From Bacteroidales bacterium (lineage in GTDB: Bacteria; Bacteroidota; Bacteroidia; Bacteroidales; UBA932): DNA of 64,000 nt. Below, in pieces: positions 37,992 to 47,795 of this stretch. The DNA is taken from NCBI GenBank assembly GCA_017934185.1, contig JAGBJY010000047.1, positions 49,763-113,762 of the forward strand. The letters are read 5' to 3'. Below the pieces are notes generated by a model. The model did not search any database and was not told where the DNA came from. It saw nothing but the letters and a program-made list of their open reading frames with translations. Numbering within the stretch: the first letter of the stretch is position 1; every line of letters begins with the position of its first letter. A program made the position numbers and the translations under genes.

Positions 37992-40145
37992 TTATTGCCG
38001 CACCACCACTTCGCCGCCGGAGACGTCCACGGTGACGGCCGCACCCTTGTGCACGCTGCCGTCCAGGAGGGCTTTGGCCAGGAGGTTCACCAGTTCTCGC
38101 TGCATCAGGCGCTTCACGGGACGGGCGCCGTAGGCAGGGTCGTAACCGTGCTCCACCATGTGGTCTTCGAAGGCCGGGGTGAACTGGAGCGTAATGCCGT
38201 TTTCGGAGAGTTTGCGCTGCAAATCGGCCTCCTGCAGGTGCAGGATTTCGCGGATATCGGCCTTGGTGAGGGGGTCGAACATGATCATCTCGTCAATACG
38301 GTTCAGGAACTCCGGGCGCACGGTGGCTTTGAGGATGTCCAGCACCTTGCCCTGACATTCGTCCAGAAGGCTGCGCCGCCGGGCGATGGCCGATATGTCC
38401 ACGCCGCTCACTTCCGGCAGGCGCTCCATGTAGCTTTGGATAACCTCGGCCCCGGCGTTGGAGGTCATGATGAGGAGGGTGTTCTTGAAGTCCACCGTCC
38501 GGCCCTTGTTGTCGGTAAGGCGACCGTCGTCAAGCACTTGCAGGAGCACATTGAACACGTCCGGATGGGCTTTTTCAATCTCGTCCAGCAGCACCACGGA
38601 GTAGGGTTTGCGCCGCACGGCCTCGGTGAGCTGGCCGCCTTCGTCGTAGCCCACGTATCCCGGAGGCGCACCCACCAGCCGGGAAACGGTGTGCCGCTCC
38701 TGGTACTCGCTCATGTCAATGCGGGTGAGCATGTTCTCGTCGTTGAAGAGGAACTCGGCCAGCGCTTTGGCCAGTTCGGTCTTTCCTACGCCCGTTGTCC
38801 CCATGAAGAGGAAGGAGCCGATGGGGCGCTTCTCGTTGGAAAGGCCCGCCCGGTTGCGGCGCACGGCATCGGCCACGGCCCTGATGGCCTCGTCCTGGCC
38901 CACCACCCGCTTGTGCAGCTCGGCCTCCATCCTGAGGAGCTTGTCCTTTTCGCTTTCCAGCATCCGCTTGACGGGAATGCCGGTCCACTTGGCCACCACC
39001 TCGGCAATGTCTTCCGGGGTAACCGCCTCTGTTACAAGCGGTTCCTTGATAGCTTCGGCCTTGACGGTGAGCGTGTCAATCTTCTTCTGGGTGGCCACCA
39101 TCTTGCCGTAGCGGATTTCGGCCACGCGTCCGTAATCGCCGGCGCGCTCGGCCGATGACGCCTGGATCTTGAGGTCTTCTATCTCCTGGCGGGCGCTTTG
39201 CAGACCTCCCAGGATGTCTTTTTCCTCGTTCCAGCGTTTCATCAGGACGTCGCGCCGGGCTTGGAGCTCTTTCAGTTCGGCCTCCAGTTTTTCCAGTTTC
39301 ACAGACACGCCTTCGCGCTTAATGGCCTCACGCTCAATCTCTTTCTGGCGGATGGCGCTGTTAAGGTCGTCAATGGGCTCCGGCACGGAATTCATCTCCA
39401 GACGCAGTTTGGAAGCGGCTTCGTCCACCAGGTCGATGGCCTTGTCCGGCAGGAAGCGGCTGGTGATGTAGCGGTGGCTCAGGTTCACGGCGGCAATGAG
39501 GGCGTCGTCCTCGATGCGCACCTTGTGGTGGTTCTCGTAGCGCTCTTTGAGGCCTCGGAGGATGGCGATGCTCTCGGCCGGTGAAGGCTCGTCCACCATC
39601 ACCATCTGGAAACGGCGCTCCAGGGCTTTATCGGCCTCAAAGTACTTCTGGTACTCGTCCAGGGTGGTTGAGCCGATGGTACGGAGCTCGCCGCGGGCCA
39701 GGGCGGGCTTGAGGATGTTGGACGCGTCCATGGCGCCGGAAGTGCGGCCTGCGCCCACCAGGGTGTGGATTTCGTCGATGAAAAGGATGATCTCACCGGC
39801 GCTGTCCACCACTTCCTTCACCACGCCCTTGAGGCGCTCTTCAAATTCACCCTGATACTTTGCGCCCGCGATAAGGGCGCCCATATCCAGGGAATAAACG
39901 GTTTTACTTTTCAGATTCTCAGGCACTTGCCCGTTCACAATTTTCTGGGCGATACCCTCGGAGATGGCGGTCTTGCCCACGCCGGGCTCGCCCACCAGGA
40001 TGGGGTTGTTCTTGGTGCGCCGGCTCAGGATCTGAAGCACGCGCCGAATCTCATCGTCCCGGCCAATCACAGGGTCCAGTTTGCCCTGCGCCGCCCGTTC
40101 GTTGAGGTTGATTGCAAATTTCTGTAAGTTTGTATTTTCTGCCAT
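37992..40145 (-). CDS. clpB: ATP-dependent disaggregase ClpB lacking the N-terminal Clp-repeat domain
   Basis: [14 protein letters not shown] at about residue 22; Walker A GEPGVGKT and GTTGVGKT; coiled-coil M domain (AEIRYG); GYVG loop; 717 aa. Confidence 0.93.
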   Translation of the reverse strand: MAENTNLQKFAINLNERAAQGKLDPVIGRDDEIRRVLQILSRRTKNNPILVGEPGVGKTAISEGIAQKIVNGQVPENLKSKTVYSLDMGALIAGAKYQGEFEERLKGVVKEVVDSAGEIILFIDEIHTLVGAGRTSGAMDASNILKPALARGELRTIGSTTLDEYQKYFEADKALERRFQMVMVDEPSPAESIAILRGLKERYENHHKVRIEDDALIAAVNLSHRYITSRFLPDKAIDLVDEAASKLRLEMNSVPEPIDDLNSAIRQKEIEREAIKREGVSVKLEKLEAELKELQARRDVLMKRWNEEKDILGGLQSARQEIEDLKIQASSAERAGDYGRVAEIRYGKMVATQKKIDTLTVKAEAIKEPLVTEAVTPEDIAEVVAKWTGIPVKRMLESEKDKLLRMEAELHKRVVGQDEAIRAVADAVRRNRAGLSNEKRPIGSFLFMGTTGVGKTELAKALAEFLFNDENMLTRIDMSEYQERHTVSRLVGAPPGYVGYDEGGQLTEAVRRKPYSVVLLDEIEKAHPDVFNVLLQVLDDGRLTDNKGRTVDFKNTLLIMTSNAGAEVIQSYMERLPEVSGVDISAIARRRSLLDECQGKVLDILKATVRPEFLNRIDEMIMFDPLTKADIREILHLQEADLQRKLSENGITLQFTPAFEDHMVEHGYDPAYGARPVKRLMQRELVNLLAKALLDGSVHKGAAVTVDVSGGEVVVRQ

Positions 40146-40154
40146 AGTTTGTTT

Positions 40155-40219
40155 CCTCCTTTTACGATGGCAGATTCTTCAATCTCCGTTCCCATCGGCC
40201 CGAACTGACAAAATGGCAG
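40155..40219 (-). promoter_or_regulatory. clpB upstream region: SD-like AAGGAGG, sigma54-like -24/-12 element and imperfect palindrome
   Basis: Minus strand reads CTGCCATTTTGTCAG (40205-40219), GGGAACG-GAGA-TTGA (40179-40193), then AAGGAGG 9 nt before the ATG. Confidence 0.4.
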
Positions 40220-40236
40220 ACTTTTGCGGCGGGGGC

Positions 40237-40325
40237 TATCGGCCTTACTCACAGCCACTTACGCAAAAGCGATACCGATTTTTTCGGTACCGTTTTTATG
40301 GAAACGATTGACTATCAATGATTTG
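40237..40325. repeat. 89-bp box-palindrome-box element, variant copy with a different core
   Basis: Same length and box positions as the other copies. Core AAAAGCGATACCGA-TTTTT-TCGGTACCGTTTTT. Right box contains TATCAATGATTTG. Confidence 0.6.
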
Positions 40326-40382
40326 GACTATCGTTCGAAAAAGAGGGGGAAATGCGAAAATATTAGTATCTTTGCATCACGT

Positions 40383-41561
40383 ATGGACCTGCAAGCATTA
40401 AAGAACAAATACGATATCATCGGCAACGACGCGGCGCTGAACGACGCGCTGGAAACGGCCGTGAAATTTGCTCCCACGGGGCTGAGCGTCCTCATTCAGG
40501 GCGAAAGCGGCGTGGGCAAGGAGAGTTTCGCGCGCATCATCCACCAGTTCAGCCCGCGCAGGAACGCCGCCTTTTTTGTGGTGAATTGCGGTGCGCTGCC
40601 CAAGGAACTGGTGAACTCGGAACTCTTCGGCCATGTGAAGGGCTCGTTCACCGGCGCCGTAGACAACCGCAAGGGCTATTTTGAGGAGGCCGATGGCGGC
40701 ACCCTCTTCCTGGACGAGATTGCGGAGCTGCCGCTGGAAAGCCAGGCCCTGCTGCTGCGCGTGCTGCAAAGCGGAGAATTCCGCAAGGTGGGCTCCAACA
40801 AGGTGGAACACACCAGCGTGCGCATTGTAGCGGCTACCAACGTGCATCTGTACGAGGCCGTGAAGCGCGGGAAGTTCCGCGAGGACCTTTATTTCCGCCT
40901 GTCGGCCGCCCAGATCCGCATTCCCCCGCTGCGGGAGCGCAAGGGCGATATCTATCTGCTGTTCCGCAAGTTCACCTCCGACTTTTCCGAGGTGAACGGC
41001 ATGTGCAAGATTTCCCTGAAACCGGAGGCCATCCGCCTGCTGGAGCAGTACCGCTGGCCCGGCAACATCCGCCAGCTGCAGGGCTTCACCCAGAGCCTGA
41101 CGGCCCAGCTGTCGGTGAAAGTGACCCCTACCCTGCAGCGCATCGAACTGTCGGCCCAGGACCTGCAGCCCCTGATGCCCCTTGAGGAAGGCGACCCCAT
41201 CCCCATGGTGTACGAAGGGCCGCAGCCGCAGGGCACCGCTTTCAATGCCGATGAGCGCCAGGCCATCTTCAAGGCCATTTTTGACCTGAAACAGGAGGTA
41301 GATGCCCTGAAAGCCCGCATAGACCGCCGCGAACTGCCCGCCCCCGAGCCGCAGCCCGTGGAAGAAGAGGCCGAATGGCAGGCGCAGGAAGACTTCCCCG
41401 CCGCCGAAGAGCGCAGCCTGAGCGTCCACGCCCGGGAAGAAGAGCTTATCCGGCAGGCGCTGGAGAAATACCACGGCAACCGCAAGAAGGCCGCCGAAGA
41501 GCTGGGCATGAGCGAGCGCACCCTCTACCGCAAGCTGCCGGCAGAATATCGCAAGAAATGA
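40383..41561 (+). CDS. Sigma54-dependent AAA+ activator with Fis-type HTH and no sensor domain
   Basis: Start at ATG 40383 after TATCTTTG (40367-40374); GESGVGKE, ELFGHVKGSFTGA, GTLFLDEI, WPGNIRQL, AAEELGMSERTLYRKL. Confidence 0.92.
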   Translation: MDLQALKNKYDIIGNDAALNDALETAVKFAPTGLSVLIQGESGVGKESFARIIHQFSPRRNAAFFVVNCGALPKELVNSELFGHVKGSFTGAVDNRKGYFEEADGGTLFLDEIAELPLESQALLLRVLQSGEFRKVGSNKVEHTSVRIVAATNVHLYEAVKRGKFREDLYFRLSAAQIRIPPLRERKGDIYLLFRKFTSDFSEVNGMCKISLKPEAIRLLEQYRWPGNIRQLQGFTQSLTAQLSVKVTPTLQRIELSAQDLQPLMPLEEGDPIPMVYEGPQPQGTAFNADERQAIFKAIFDLKQEVDALKARIDRRELPAPEPQPVEEEAEWQAQEDFPAAEERSLSVHAREEELIRQALEKYHGNRKKAAEELGMSERTLYRKLPAEYRKK

Positions 41562-42058
41562 AACGCCTCACCCTCATAGCCTTAGCGGCCCTTGTATCGG
41601 CCTGCAGCGTTGTGAAGTACTCCTTTACGGGCACTTCCATCCAGCCGGATGTGAAAACCATCACCATCCCGTACGTGGAATACAAGGCCATGCGCGTGAA
41701 CCCGTCGCTGTCCAACGACCTCACTGAGGCCCTCCAGGACAAATTCCGCAAACTCACTTCGCTGGAGCAGGTGGACGTGGACGGAGACCTGGAACTGGTG
41801 TGCGAAGTTACCGGCTACGACGTGAAGGCCACCGCCGTGACGGCCGATGAAGTGGCGGCCCAAAACCGCCTCACCGTTACCGTAAAGGCCGAATTCAGCA
41901 ACCGGAAGTACCCGGAGGACGATGTCTCCAAGAGCTTCAGCGCCTACGAAGACTTTGACGCCACCCAAAGCCTGGACGCCGTGGAGGCCACCCTCTGCGA
42001 GACCATTATCGACAAACTGGTAGAAGACATCTTCAACGCAACGGTAGCCCAATGGTAG
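41558..42058 (+). CDS. lptE: LptE family LPS assembly lipoprotein
   Basis: Lipobox MKRLTLIALAALVSAC, YSFTGTSI, LVEDIFNATVAQW; position between the sigma54 activator and secG is typical of Bacteroidota. Confidence 0.82.
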   Translation: MKRLTLIALAALVSACSVVKYSFTGTSIQPDVKTITIPYVEYKAMRVNPSLSNDLTEALQDKFRKLTSLEQVDVDGDLELVCEVTGYDVKATAVTADEVAAQNRLTVTVKAEFSNRKYPEDDVSKSFSAYEDFDATQSLDAVEATLCETIIDKLVEDIFNATVAQW

Positions 42059-42633
42059 CCTCTTCTTTCATTGATATCCACACCCTTACGCTGGACGAGC
42101 TCAGCGGCGTTGTGAACCTGTACCCCTGGTACGGGGCGGCCAGGGTGGAGCTGAGCCGCCGCATGGCCCGCCTGGGCAGCTGGGAGGAGGACGAATATGC
42201 CGCCCAGGCCCTCTATGTGCCGGACCGCGGGAAACTGGCGCCCTTTGTTAGAACCTCTGCCGACTGCTCGGACAAAGACGTGCAGCGGCTGCTGGCGGCG
42301 TACATCCAGCCTTCGGTCCGGGAAGAAACGGAAGGAGGAGAAGGGCCTTCCGTCCGCGTTGTGGGCGGCGACTACTTCTCCCAGGCGCAGTATGACCGGG
42401 TGAAAGAGAGCGGCGACAGCGTGTTTTCAAGGCTGGCCATGAAGCCCCGGCAGGAGAGCAGTGAGCCCGAGGAAGTCTCCGAGATAGCCGACCGCTTTGC
42501 CACCGAAACCCTGGCCCGCATCTTCGCGGAACAGGGCCGCATAGAGGAAGCAAAACGCATTTATTCACGGCTGGTTTTGGATATTCCGGAAAAAAGTGCT
42601 TACTTTGCATCCCTTATTGAGAATTTGGAATAA
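42052..42633 (+). CDS. Conserved hypothetical protein with C-terminal TPR-like motif
   Basis: YPWY N-terminal motif; FATETLARIFAEQG...A..IY..L.L..PEKSAYFA; upstream of secG. Confidence 0.75.
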   Translation: MVASSFIDIHTLTLDELSGVVNLYPWYGAARVELSRRMARLGSWEEDEYAAQALYVPDRGKLAPFVRTSADCSDKDVQRLLAAYIQPSVREETEGGEGPSVRVVGGDYFSQAQYDRVKESGDSVFSRLAMKPRQESSEPEEVSEIADRFATETLARIFAEQGRIEEAKRIYSRLVLDIPEKSAYFASLIENLE

Positions 42634-42646
42634 AAGTTAACGATAT

Positions 42647-42997
42647 ATGAACGCAGCATTTACCATCTTGGTCGTTCTCATTATTATTGCGGCCATTCTC
42701 CTGATTGCGGTTGTCCTCCTGCAGAACGGCAAGGACGGCGGCCTGGCAACCAACTTCACTTCTGCCAACCAGACCCTGGGCGTGCGCCAGACAGCCACCA
42801 TCCTGGAAAAAGCCACCTGGTACCTTGTGGCCTTTATCCTGGTGCTTTCCATCATCACTGTGTTTGTGGCCCGTGGCGGTACCCAGCGCGGCTCCAACGA
42901 CGCCATCTCCACCGAGATTGTGAACCAGACCGAGCAGGCGGCCGATGAGGCTCCCGCCTTCCCTGTCTCCCAGGAGAACCCTGAGGCTGCGAACTAA
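42647..42997 (+). CDS. secG: Preprotein translocase subunit SecG
   Basis: Two TMs; VLLQNGKDGGLA..F...NQTLGVRQT..LEKATW. Confidence 0.92.
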   Translation: MNAAFTILVVLIIIAAILLIAVVLLQNGKDGGLATNFTSANQTLGVRQTATILEKATWYLVAFILVLSIITVFVARGGTQRGSNDAISTEIVNQTEQAADEAPAFPVSQENPEAAN

Positions 42998-43020
42998 TCA
43001 GCCTTATAACCCTTCCTTAC

Positions 43021-43056
43021 TTTGCCGGACTTCTCTTGCAGAAATCCGGCAAATTT
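43021..43056 (+). terminator. Hairpin after secG (putative terminator, overlapping the next promoter)
   Basis: TTTGCCGGA...TCCGGCAAA stem followed by a T-rich tract; TATTTTTG at 43059-43066. Confidence 0.55.
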
Positions 43057-43096
43057 GTTATTTTTGTCCTGTATGCGATAATTTTTACGTTTCTAT

Positions 43097-44734
43097 ATGA
43101 AAAAAGCTTTAATTTACCTCGCTGCAGCCGCCCTTGCCCTTGGCTGCGCTTCCCCTGAAAAGATGGCCAAGCTGGCCGAGAATGTGAAAGTCGAGTGCAC
43201 GCCCCAGGTTCTGGAGGTGGTGAACGGCACCATTGACGCCACCGTGACCGTCACTTATCCCAAAGATTACTTCAACCCCAATGTGGTGCTGGAAGTAACC
43301 CCCGTGATTGTGTACGAAGGCGGTGAAGCTGCCCTGAAACCCCTGAAATACCAGGGTGAGAAAGTGAAGAACAACTACAAAGTGGTGTCCAAAGACGGAC
43401 AGAAGGTCACCGAACGCCTGCACTTTGACTATGTGGAAGGCATGGAGAAGAGCTACCTGGAGCTGCGCGGCAAAGTGCTCTCCGGCTCCAAGAGCGTGAA
43501 CCTGCCCACCAAGAAAGTGGCCGATGGCGCCAATACCACCTATATGCTGGTCAAGCGCAGCGGCAACGTCAGTTACAAGGCCGACAATTACCAGGAGGTG
43601 ATTACCACCACCACCGAAGGCCAGATCAAGTACCTGGTGAACAGCGCGGATGTGCGCAATTCGGAGCTCAAGAGCCAGTCTGTGAAGGACTTCCTGGCTG
43701 CTCTGGATGCCGTGGCCGCCGACGAGCGCTCCAAAGTGACCAGCACGGAGATTGTGGCCTACGCTTCCCCGGAAGGCGCCGTGGACAAGAACAACCAGCT
43801 GTCCGGCAACCGTTCCAAGACGGCCTCCAAGGCCTGGAGCCAGGTGACCAAGGGCCACGAAGCCACCGACCCCACCGTACGCAGCGTGGGTGAAGACTGG
43901 GAAGGCTTCTCCAAGCTGGTGGCCGAAAGCGACCTGGAAGACAAAGACCTGATTCTGAGGGTCCTTTCCATGTACTCAGACCCGGCAGTGCGGGAGAACG
44001 AGATTCGCAACATGAGCCAGGTGTACACCGCCCTCAAGGGCGAAGTGCTGCCGGAGCTGCGCCGTGCCCGCCTCATTGCCAACGTGGAATTCAAGAACTA
44101 CACCAACGAGGAGCTCATTGAACTGCTGGACAAGAATGCCGATGTCCTGGACGAGGAAGCCCTCCTGAGAGCCGCCTCCGTGGTGAAGGACGCCGGCCAG
44201 AAAGAGAGCGTGTACCGCAAGGCCATCGAGAAGTTCGGCAGCGAGCGCGCCCAGTTCAACCTGGTGGCCCTGTACCTGAATGAAGGCCGCAACCAGAAGG
44301 CCGAAGCCGGCCTTTCCGAGCTGAATGCCGCAGACCCCGACGTAATCAATGCAAAGGGCGTCCTGGCCCTCAGGAATGACGACCTTAAGACCGCCGAAGC
44401 CTGCTTCCGCAAAGCCGGCACGGCCGATGCCAAAGCCAATCTGGGTACTGCCCTCATCCTGAGCGGACAGTACGAAGAAGCCGCCCAGGTGCTTGCCGAC
44501 GTGGATGGCTGCTGCCACAACACCGTGCTGGCCTACCTCCTCACCGACCAGCTGGACAAGGCCGAAAAATCCGTGCACTGCGGCGATCCCAAGGTGTGGT
44601 ACCTCAGGGGCATCATCGCCGCCCGTCAGGGCGACGCCGAGAAAGTGAGCAAATGCCTGAAGAACGCCTTCCGCAACAAAGCGCTGGAAGAACGTGCCGC
44701 CCGTGACATTGAATTCGCCGGCTACGAATACTAA
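43097..44734 (+). CDS. Conserved Bacteroidales lipoprotein with OmpA-like central domain and TPRs
   Basis: Lipobox LALGC; IVAYASPEG...N..LS..RS; GEDWEGF; LPELRRA; C-terminal TPR-like helices. Confidence 0.8.
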   Translation: MKKALIYLAAAALALGCASPEKMAKLAENVKVECTPQVLEVVNGTIDATVTVTYPKDYFNPNVVLEVTPVIVYEGGEAALKPLKYQGEKVKNNYKVVSKDGQKVTERLHFDYVEGMEKSYLELRGKVLSGSKSVNLPTKKVADGANTTYMLVKRSGNVSYKADNYQEVITTTTEGQIKYLVNSADVRNSELKSQSVKDFLAALDAVAADERSKVTSTEIVAYASPEGAVDKNNQLSGNRSKTASKAWSQVTKGHEATDPTVRSVGEDWEGFSKLVAESDLEDKDLILRVLSMYSDPAVRENEIRNMSQVYTALKGEVLPELRRARLIANVEFKNYTNEELIELLDKNADVLDEEALLRAASVVKDAGQKESVYRKAIEKFGSERAQFNLVALYLNEGRNQKAEAGLSELNAADPDVINAKGVLALRNDDLKTAEACFRKAGTADAKANLGTALILSGQYEEAAQVLADVDGCCHNTVLAYLLTDQLDKAEKSVHCGDPKVWYLRGIIAARQGDAEKVSKCLKNAFRNKALEERAARDIEFAGYEY

Positions 44735-44740
44735 AAAAGT

Positions 44741-45517
44741 GTGAAAACCGAGACTTTACTGGACATCATCTTCTGCATCCTGGTGATGCCGGGGATGATG
44801 TTCCTTTTCCCTACAGGGGAATGGCTTCAGTGGCACGCCTCCTACGTGCTGGGCTATGCGCTGTGGCTGTACGGCGTGTGGCTGCTGTGCCGCATGGCGC
44901 TGGGGCCGCTCCTGCTGATGGGTTGGAAAGGAAAAGTCACGGTTGCGCTTTCGCTGTTCCTGGTGGGCGCGGTTACTTTCCTGATGTCGCTCACCCCGGT
45001 ACAGTTCCCGGAAAACACCAAGGAGATTGGGGATATGCTGCCGCATGTCCGCGCCATGTGGATTTTGCTGCTGGCGGTGGTCAGTTACGCCCTTCCCGTT
45101 GGGGCGCTTTCCAAGCAATCGGCTCAACTACAGGAAGTTAAAGAGTTGGAAGAAGCCATGGACGACGCCCGGGAAGCCCTGGAGACCCGCCGCATTGAAG
45201 GCATCAGCGGCGGCGAAATCAATGTGAAGAGCGACTACAAAACCGTCCCCATCCCCCTGTCGGCCATCCAGTACATTGAGGGGCGCAACAATTACGCCTG
45301 CTTCCATCTGGACCACCGGGAAGACATTGTGACGCAACTACCGCTCAAGGAGGTGCTGGCGCAGCTGCCGGAAGGGAAGTTTGTGCGCATTCACCGCTCG
45401 TACATTGTGCCGCTGTGGCGCATAGAGCAGAGAAACAGCACCCGGGTGCAGCTGCTGGGCATCAAAGACCCGCTGCCGGTTGGGCGCGCATACAAAGAAA
45501 ACTTGAAAAATGGCTAA
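44741..45517 (+). CDS. Membrane-anchored LytTR family regulator (about 4 TM plus LytTR DNA-binding domain)
   Basis: GTG start; hydrophobic N-terminal half; IQYIEGRNNY, FVRIHRSYIV, LPVGRAYK; no receiver domain. Confidence 0.85.
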   Translation: MKTETLLDIIFCILVMPGMMFLFPTGEWLQWHASYVLGYALWLYGVWLLCRMALGPLLLMGWKGKVTVALSLFLVGAVTFLMSLTPVQFPENTKEIGDMLPHVRAMWILLLAVVSYALPVGALSKQSAQLQEVKELEEAMDDAREALETRRIEGISGGEINVKSDYKTVPIPLSAIQYIEGRNNYACFHLDHREDIVTQLPLKEVLAQLPEGKFVRIHRSYIVPLWRIEQRNSTRVQLLGIKDPLPVGRAYKENLKNG

Positions 45518-46832
45518 GCAAAAAGACTTTTACGCAACCCGGTCCACCGCGTGGTGGAAAGTTGCCATTGCCATGATAGGCTCCTGCCTCAGTGGCGTTA
45601 CTTTCGTCTCCGTGCCCGGCATGGTGGGCAGCGTGGGCTTCGGCTACCTGCAAATGGCCCTGGGCTTCTTCCTGGGCTATCTGGTCATTGCCTTCGTGCT
45701 CACGCCCCTGTATTTTCGCCTCAACGTGGTTTCTGTGTACGAGTATCTGGAGAAGCGTTTTGGCGTGGCGTCCCACAAGACGGGGGCCTGGTTCTTCTTC
45801 GTTTCCAAGATGCTGGGCGCTTCCGTGCGCCTGTTCCTCATGATTGCCACGCTGCAGCTGCTGCTGGCGGCCCCCCTGGGCATTCCCTTCTGGGTAACCG
45901 TGGCGGTGGTGGTGCTGCTGGAATGGCTGTACACGGTGCGGGGCGGCGTGAAGGCGGTCATCGGCCTGGACATTGTGAAGACCCTGGCCATGCTTGTTGC
46001 CGTGATTCTGTGCCTGGTGCTCATCGGCCGGGAAGTAGGAAAACCGGACACGTCCATGATGCGCGTGTTCTATTTTGACGATGTGAACCATCCGGAATTC
46101 TTCTGGAAACAGCTGCTGGGCGGCCTGTTTACGGTGGTGGCGTCCACCGGCCTGGACCAGGACCTGATGCAGCGGACGCTGGCCTGCAAAAACGTGCGCG
46201 ACTCCCAGAAGAACCTCATTGTGAGCAGTTTGCTGCAGATAGTGGTCATTGCTCTCTTCCTTTTCCTGGGCGTGTACCTGTATCAGTTTGCCGCCCTGCA
46301 CGGCATCAGCGAAACCGGTGACGCCCTGTTCCCGGCGGTGGCCTGGTCCGGCATGCTTCCGGCGTCCGGGCTGGTGGCGGCGCTCTTCATTATCGGCCTG
46401 GTGATGGCCGGTTTCCCTGCCGGCGGCAGCGCCCTTACGGCCCTTACCACCTCCTTCACCATTGACATCCTGGGCGGAAAGGACAGCCGGCGCACCTGGG
46501 TGCACACGGGCATGGCCGTTCTCATGGCCGTTACCATCCTGGTTTTCAATGCCCTCAACTCTACCAGCGTCATTGACGCGGTGTACCGCCTGGCCAGCTA
46601 TACCTACGGGCCCATTCTGGGCCTGTTTGCCTTCGGCCTCATCTGGAAGCGGGAAGTAAGGGACAAGTGGGTGCCCGTTGTGGCCCTCCTGGCGCCAGTG
46701 CTGTGCCTGGTGCTGGACCTGAATTCCGTGGCCTGGTTTAATGGCTACCACTTCAGCTACGAGCTTCTGCTGATGAACGCCGTTTTCACCATTATCGGGC
46801 TTTGGATAATTGCCAAACCCCGTAAGCAGTAA
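45510..46832 (+). CDS. Sodium:solute symporter (SSS family)
   Basis: MIG..LSGVTFVSVPG, SVYEYLEKRFG, GGVKAVI, GLDQDLMQR.L; multiple TMs. Confidence 0.92.
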   Translation: MAKQKDFYATRSTAWWKVAIAMIGSCLSGVTFVSVPGMVGSVGFGYLQMALGFFLGYLVIAFVLTPLYFRLNVVSVYEYLEKRFGVASHKTGAWFFFVSKMLGASVRLFLMIATLQLLLAAPLGIPFWVTVAVVVLLEWLYTVRGGVKAVIGLDIVKTLAMLVAVILCLVLIGREVGKPDTSMMRVFYFDDVNHPEFFWKQLLGGLFTVVASTGLDQDLMQRTLACKNVRDSQKNLIVSSLLQIVVIALFLFLGVYLYQFAALHGISETGDALFPAVAWSGMLPASGLVAALFIIGLVMAGFPAGGSALTALTTSFTIDILGGKDSRRTWVHTGMAVLMAVTILVFNALNSTSVIDAVYRLASYTYGPILGLFAFGLIWKREVRDKWVPVVALLAPVLCLVLDLNSVAWFNGYHFSYELLLMNAVFTIIGLWIIAKPRKQ

Positions 46833-46836
46833 GCCG

Positions 46837-47631
46837 ATGGAAGTTCGCGCGAAAAAGGCCCTGGGGCAGCATTTCCTGACGGATCAGAAGGTGGCCCGCG
46901 CCATCGTGGAGGCGCTGGAGGGGGGGCTGCCGGTGCTGGAAGTCGGTCCCGGCATGGGAGTGCTTACGCAGTACCTGCTGGAGCGGGAAGACATTGACCT
47001 TCGCTGCGTGGAAATTGACTCAGAAAGCGTGGTGTACCTGCTGCAGCACTTCGCCGGAATGCAGGGCCGCCTGATGGAGGCCGATTTCCTGTCGCTGAGG
47101 CTGGAGAAGCTGTTTCCATCGGCCTTTGCCATCATCGGGAACTTCCCCTACAACATTTCCTCGCAGATTTTTTTCAAGGTTCTGGACTACAAAGACCGTA
47201 TTCCGGAGGTGGTGGGCATGGTGCAGAAAGAGGTGGCCGAGCGCATTGCCGAAAAGCCCGGCAGCAAGACGTACGGCATCCTGAGCGTGCTGCTGCAGGC
47301 CTGGTACGACATTGAATACCTCTTCACCGTGGGCTCCGGCTGCTTCGCTCCCCCGCCCAAGGTGGAAAGCGCCGTGATTCGCCTCAGGCGCAACAGCCGC
47401 ACCGCGCTGGGCTGCGACGAAGCCCTTTTCCGCACCGTTGTGAAAACGGCCTTCGGACAGCGCCGGAAGATGATGCGCAACCCCCTCAAGCCCCTCGCGC
47501 GCGCCAAGGCCGAGCGGGAAGGCTGGTCCGAGGAGACGCTGTCGGCCTTCCTCTCGCAGGAAGTCTTCTCCCTCCGCCCCGAAAAGCTCTCGGTGGAAGA
47601 TTTTATCGGCCTTACCAACCTCCTGGCTTGA
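46837..47631 (+). CDS. rsmA: 16S rRNA m6,2A1518/1519 dimethyltransferase
   Basis: AKKALGQHFL, LEVGPGMGVLT, GNFPYNISS, QKEVAERI, F.PPPKVESAV, AFGQRRK. Confidence 0.97.
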   Translation: MEVRAKKALGQHFLTDQKVARAIVEALEGGLPVLEVGPGMGVLTQYLLEREDIDLRCVEIDSESVVYLLQHFAGMQGRLMEADFLSLRLEKLFPSAFAIIGNFPYNISSQIFFKVLDYKDRIPEVVGMVQKEVAERIAEKPGSKTYGILSVLLQAWYDIEYLFTVGSGCFAPPPKVESAVIRLRRNSRTALGCDEALFRTVVKTAFGQRRKMMRNPLKPLARAKAEREGWSEETLSAFLSQEVFSLRPEKLSVEDFIGLTNLLA

Positions 47632-47662
47632 GGCGGGTTTTGCCTGGCCACGCCGCGGCGGA

Positions 47663-47751
47663 TATCTTATTAACCATCAATCACTTATGTAAAAACAGTA
47701 AGCAATAATTGCTTACTGTTTTTGTGTAAACGCCTGATTGATGGGGAAATA
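47663..47751. repeat. 89-bp box-palindrome-box element, copy 2
   Basis: Core AAAAACAGTAAGCAAT-A-ATTGCTTACTGTTTTT (47691-47723); additional outer arms CCATCAATCA/TGATTGATGG; lies between convergent genes at the cassette edge. Confidence 0.85.
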
Positions 47752-47795
47752 GTGTTTCCGGGACAATTACCATACCATCACCGGAGTGCATATCA

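Noticed and set aside
40224-40382. N-terminal extensions in the ORF track (sigma54 activator here; also dnaE, thiL, lptE, GH2, rsmA, 29709..30323)
   Set aside because: They cross promoters or repeats, or overlap neighbouring genes; downstream ATGs give family-typical N-termini.
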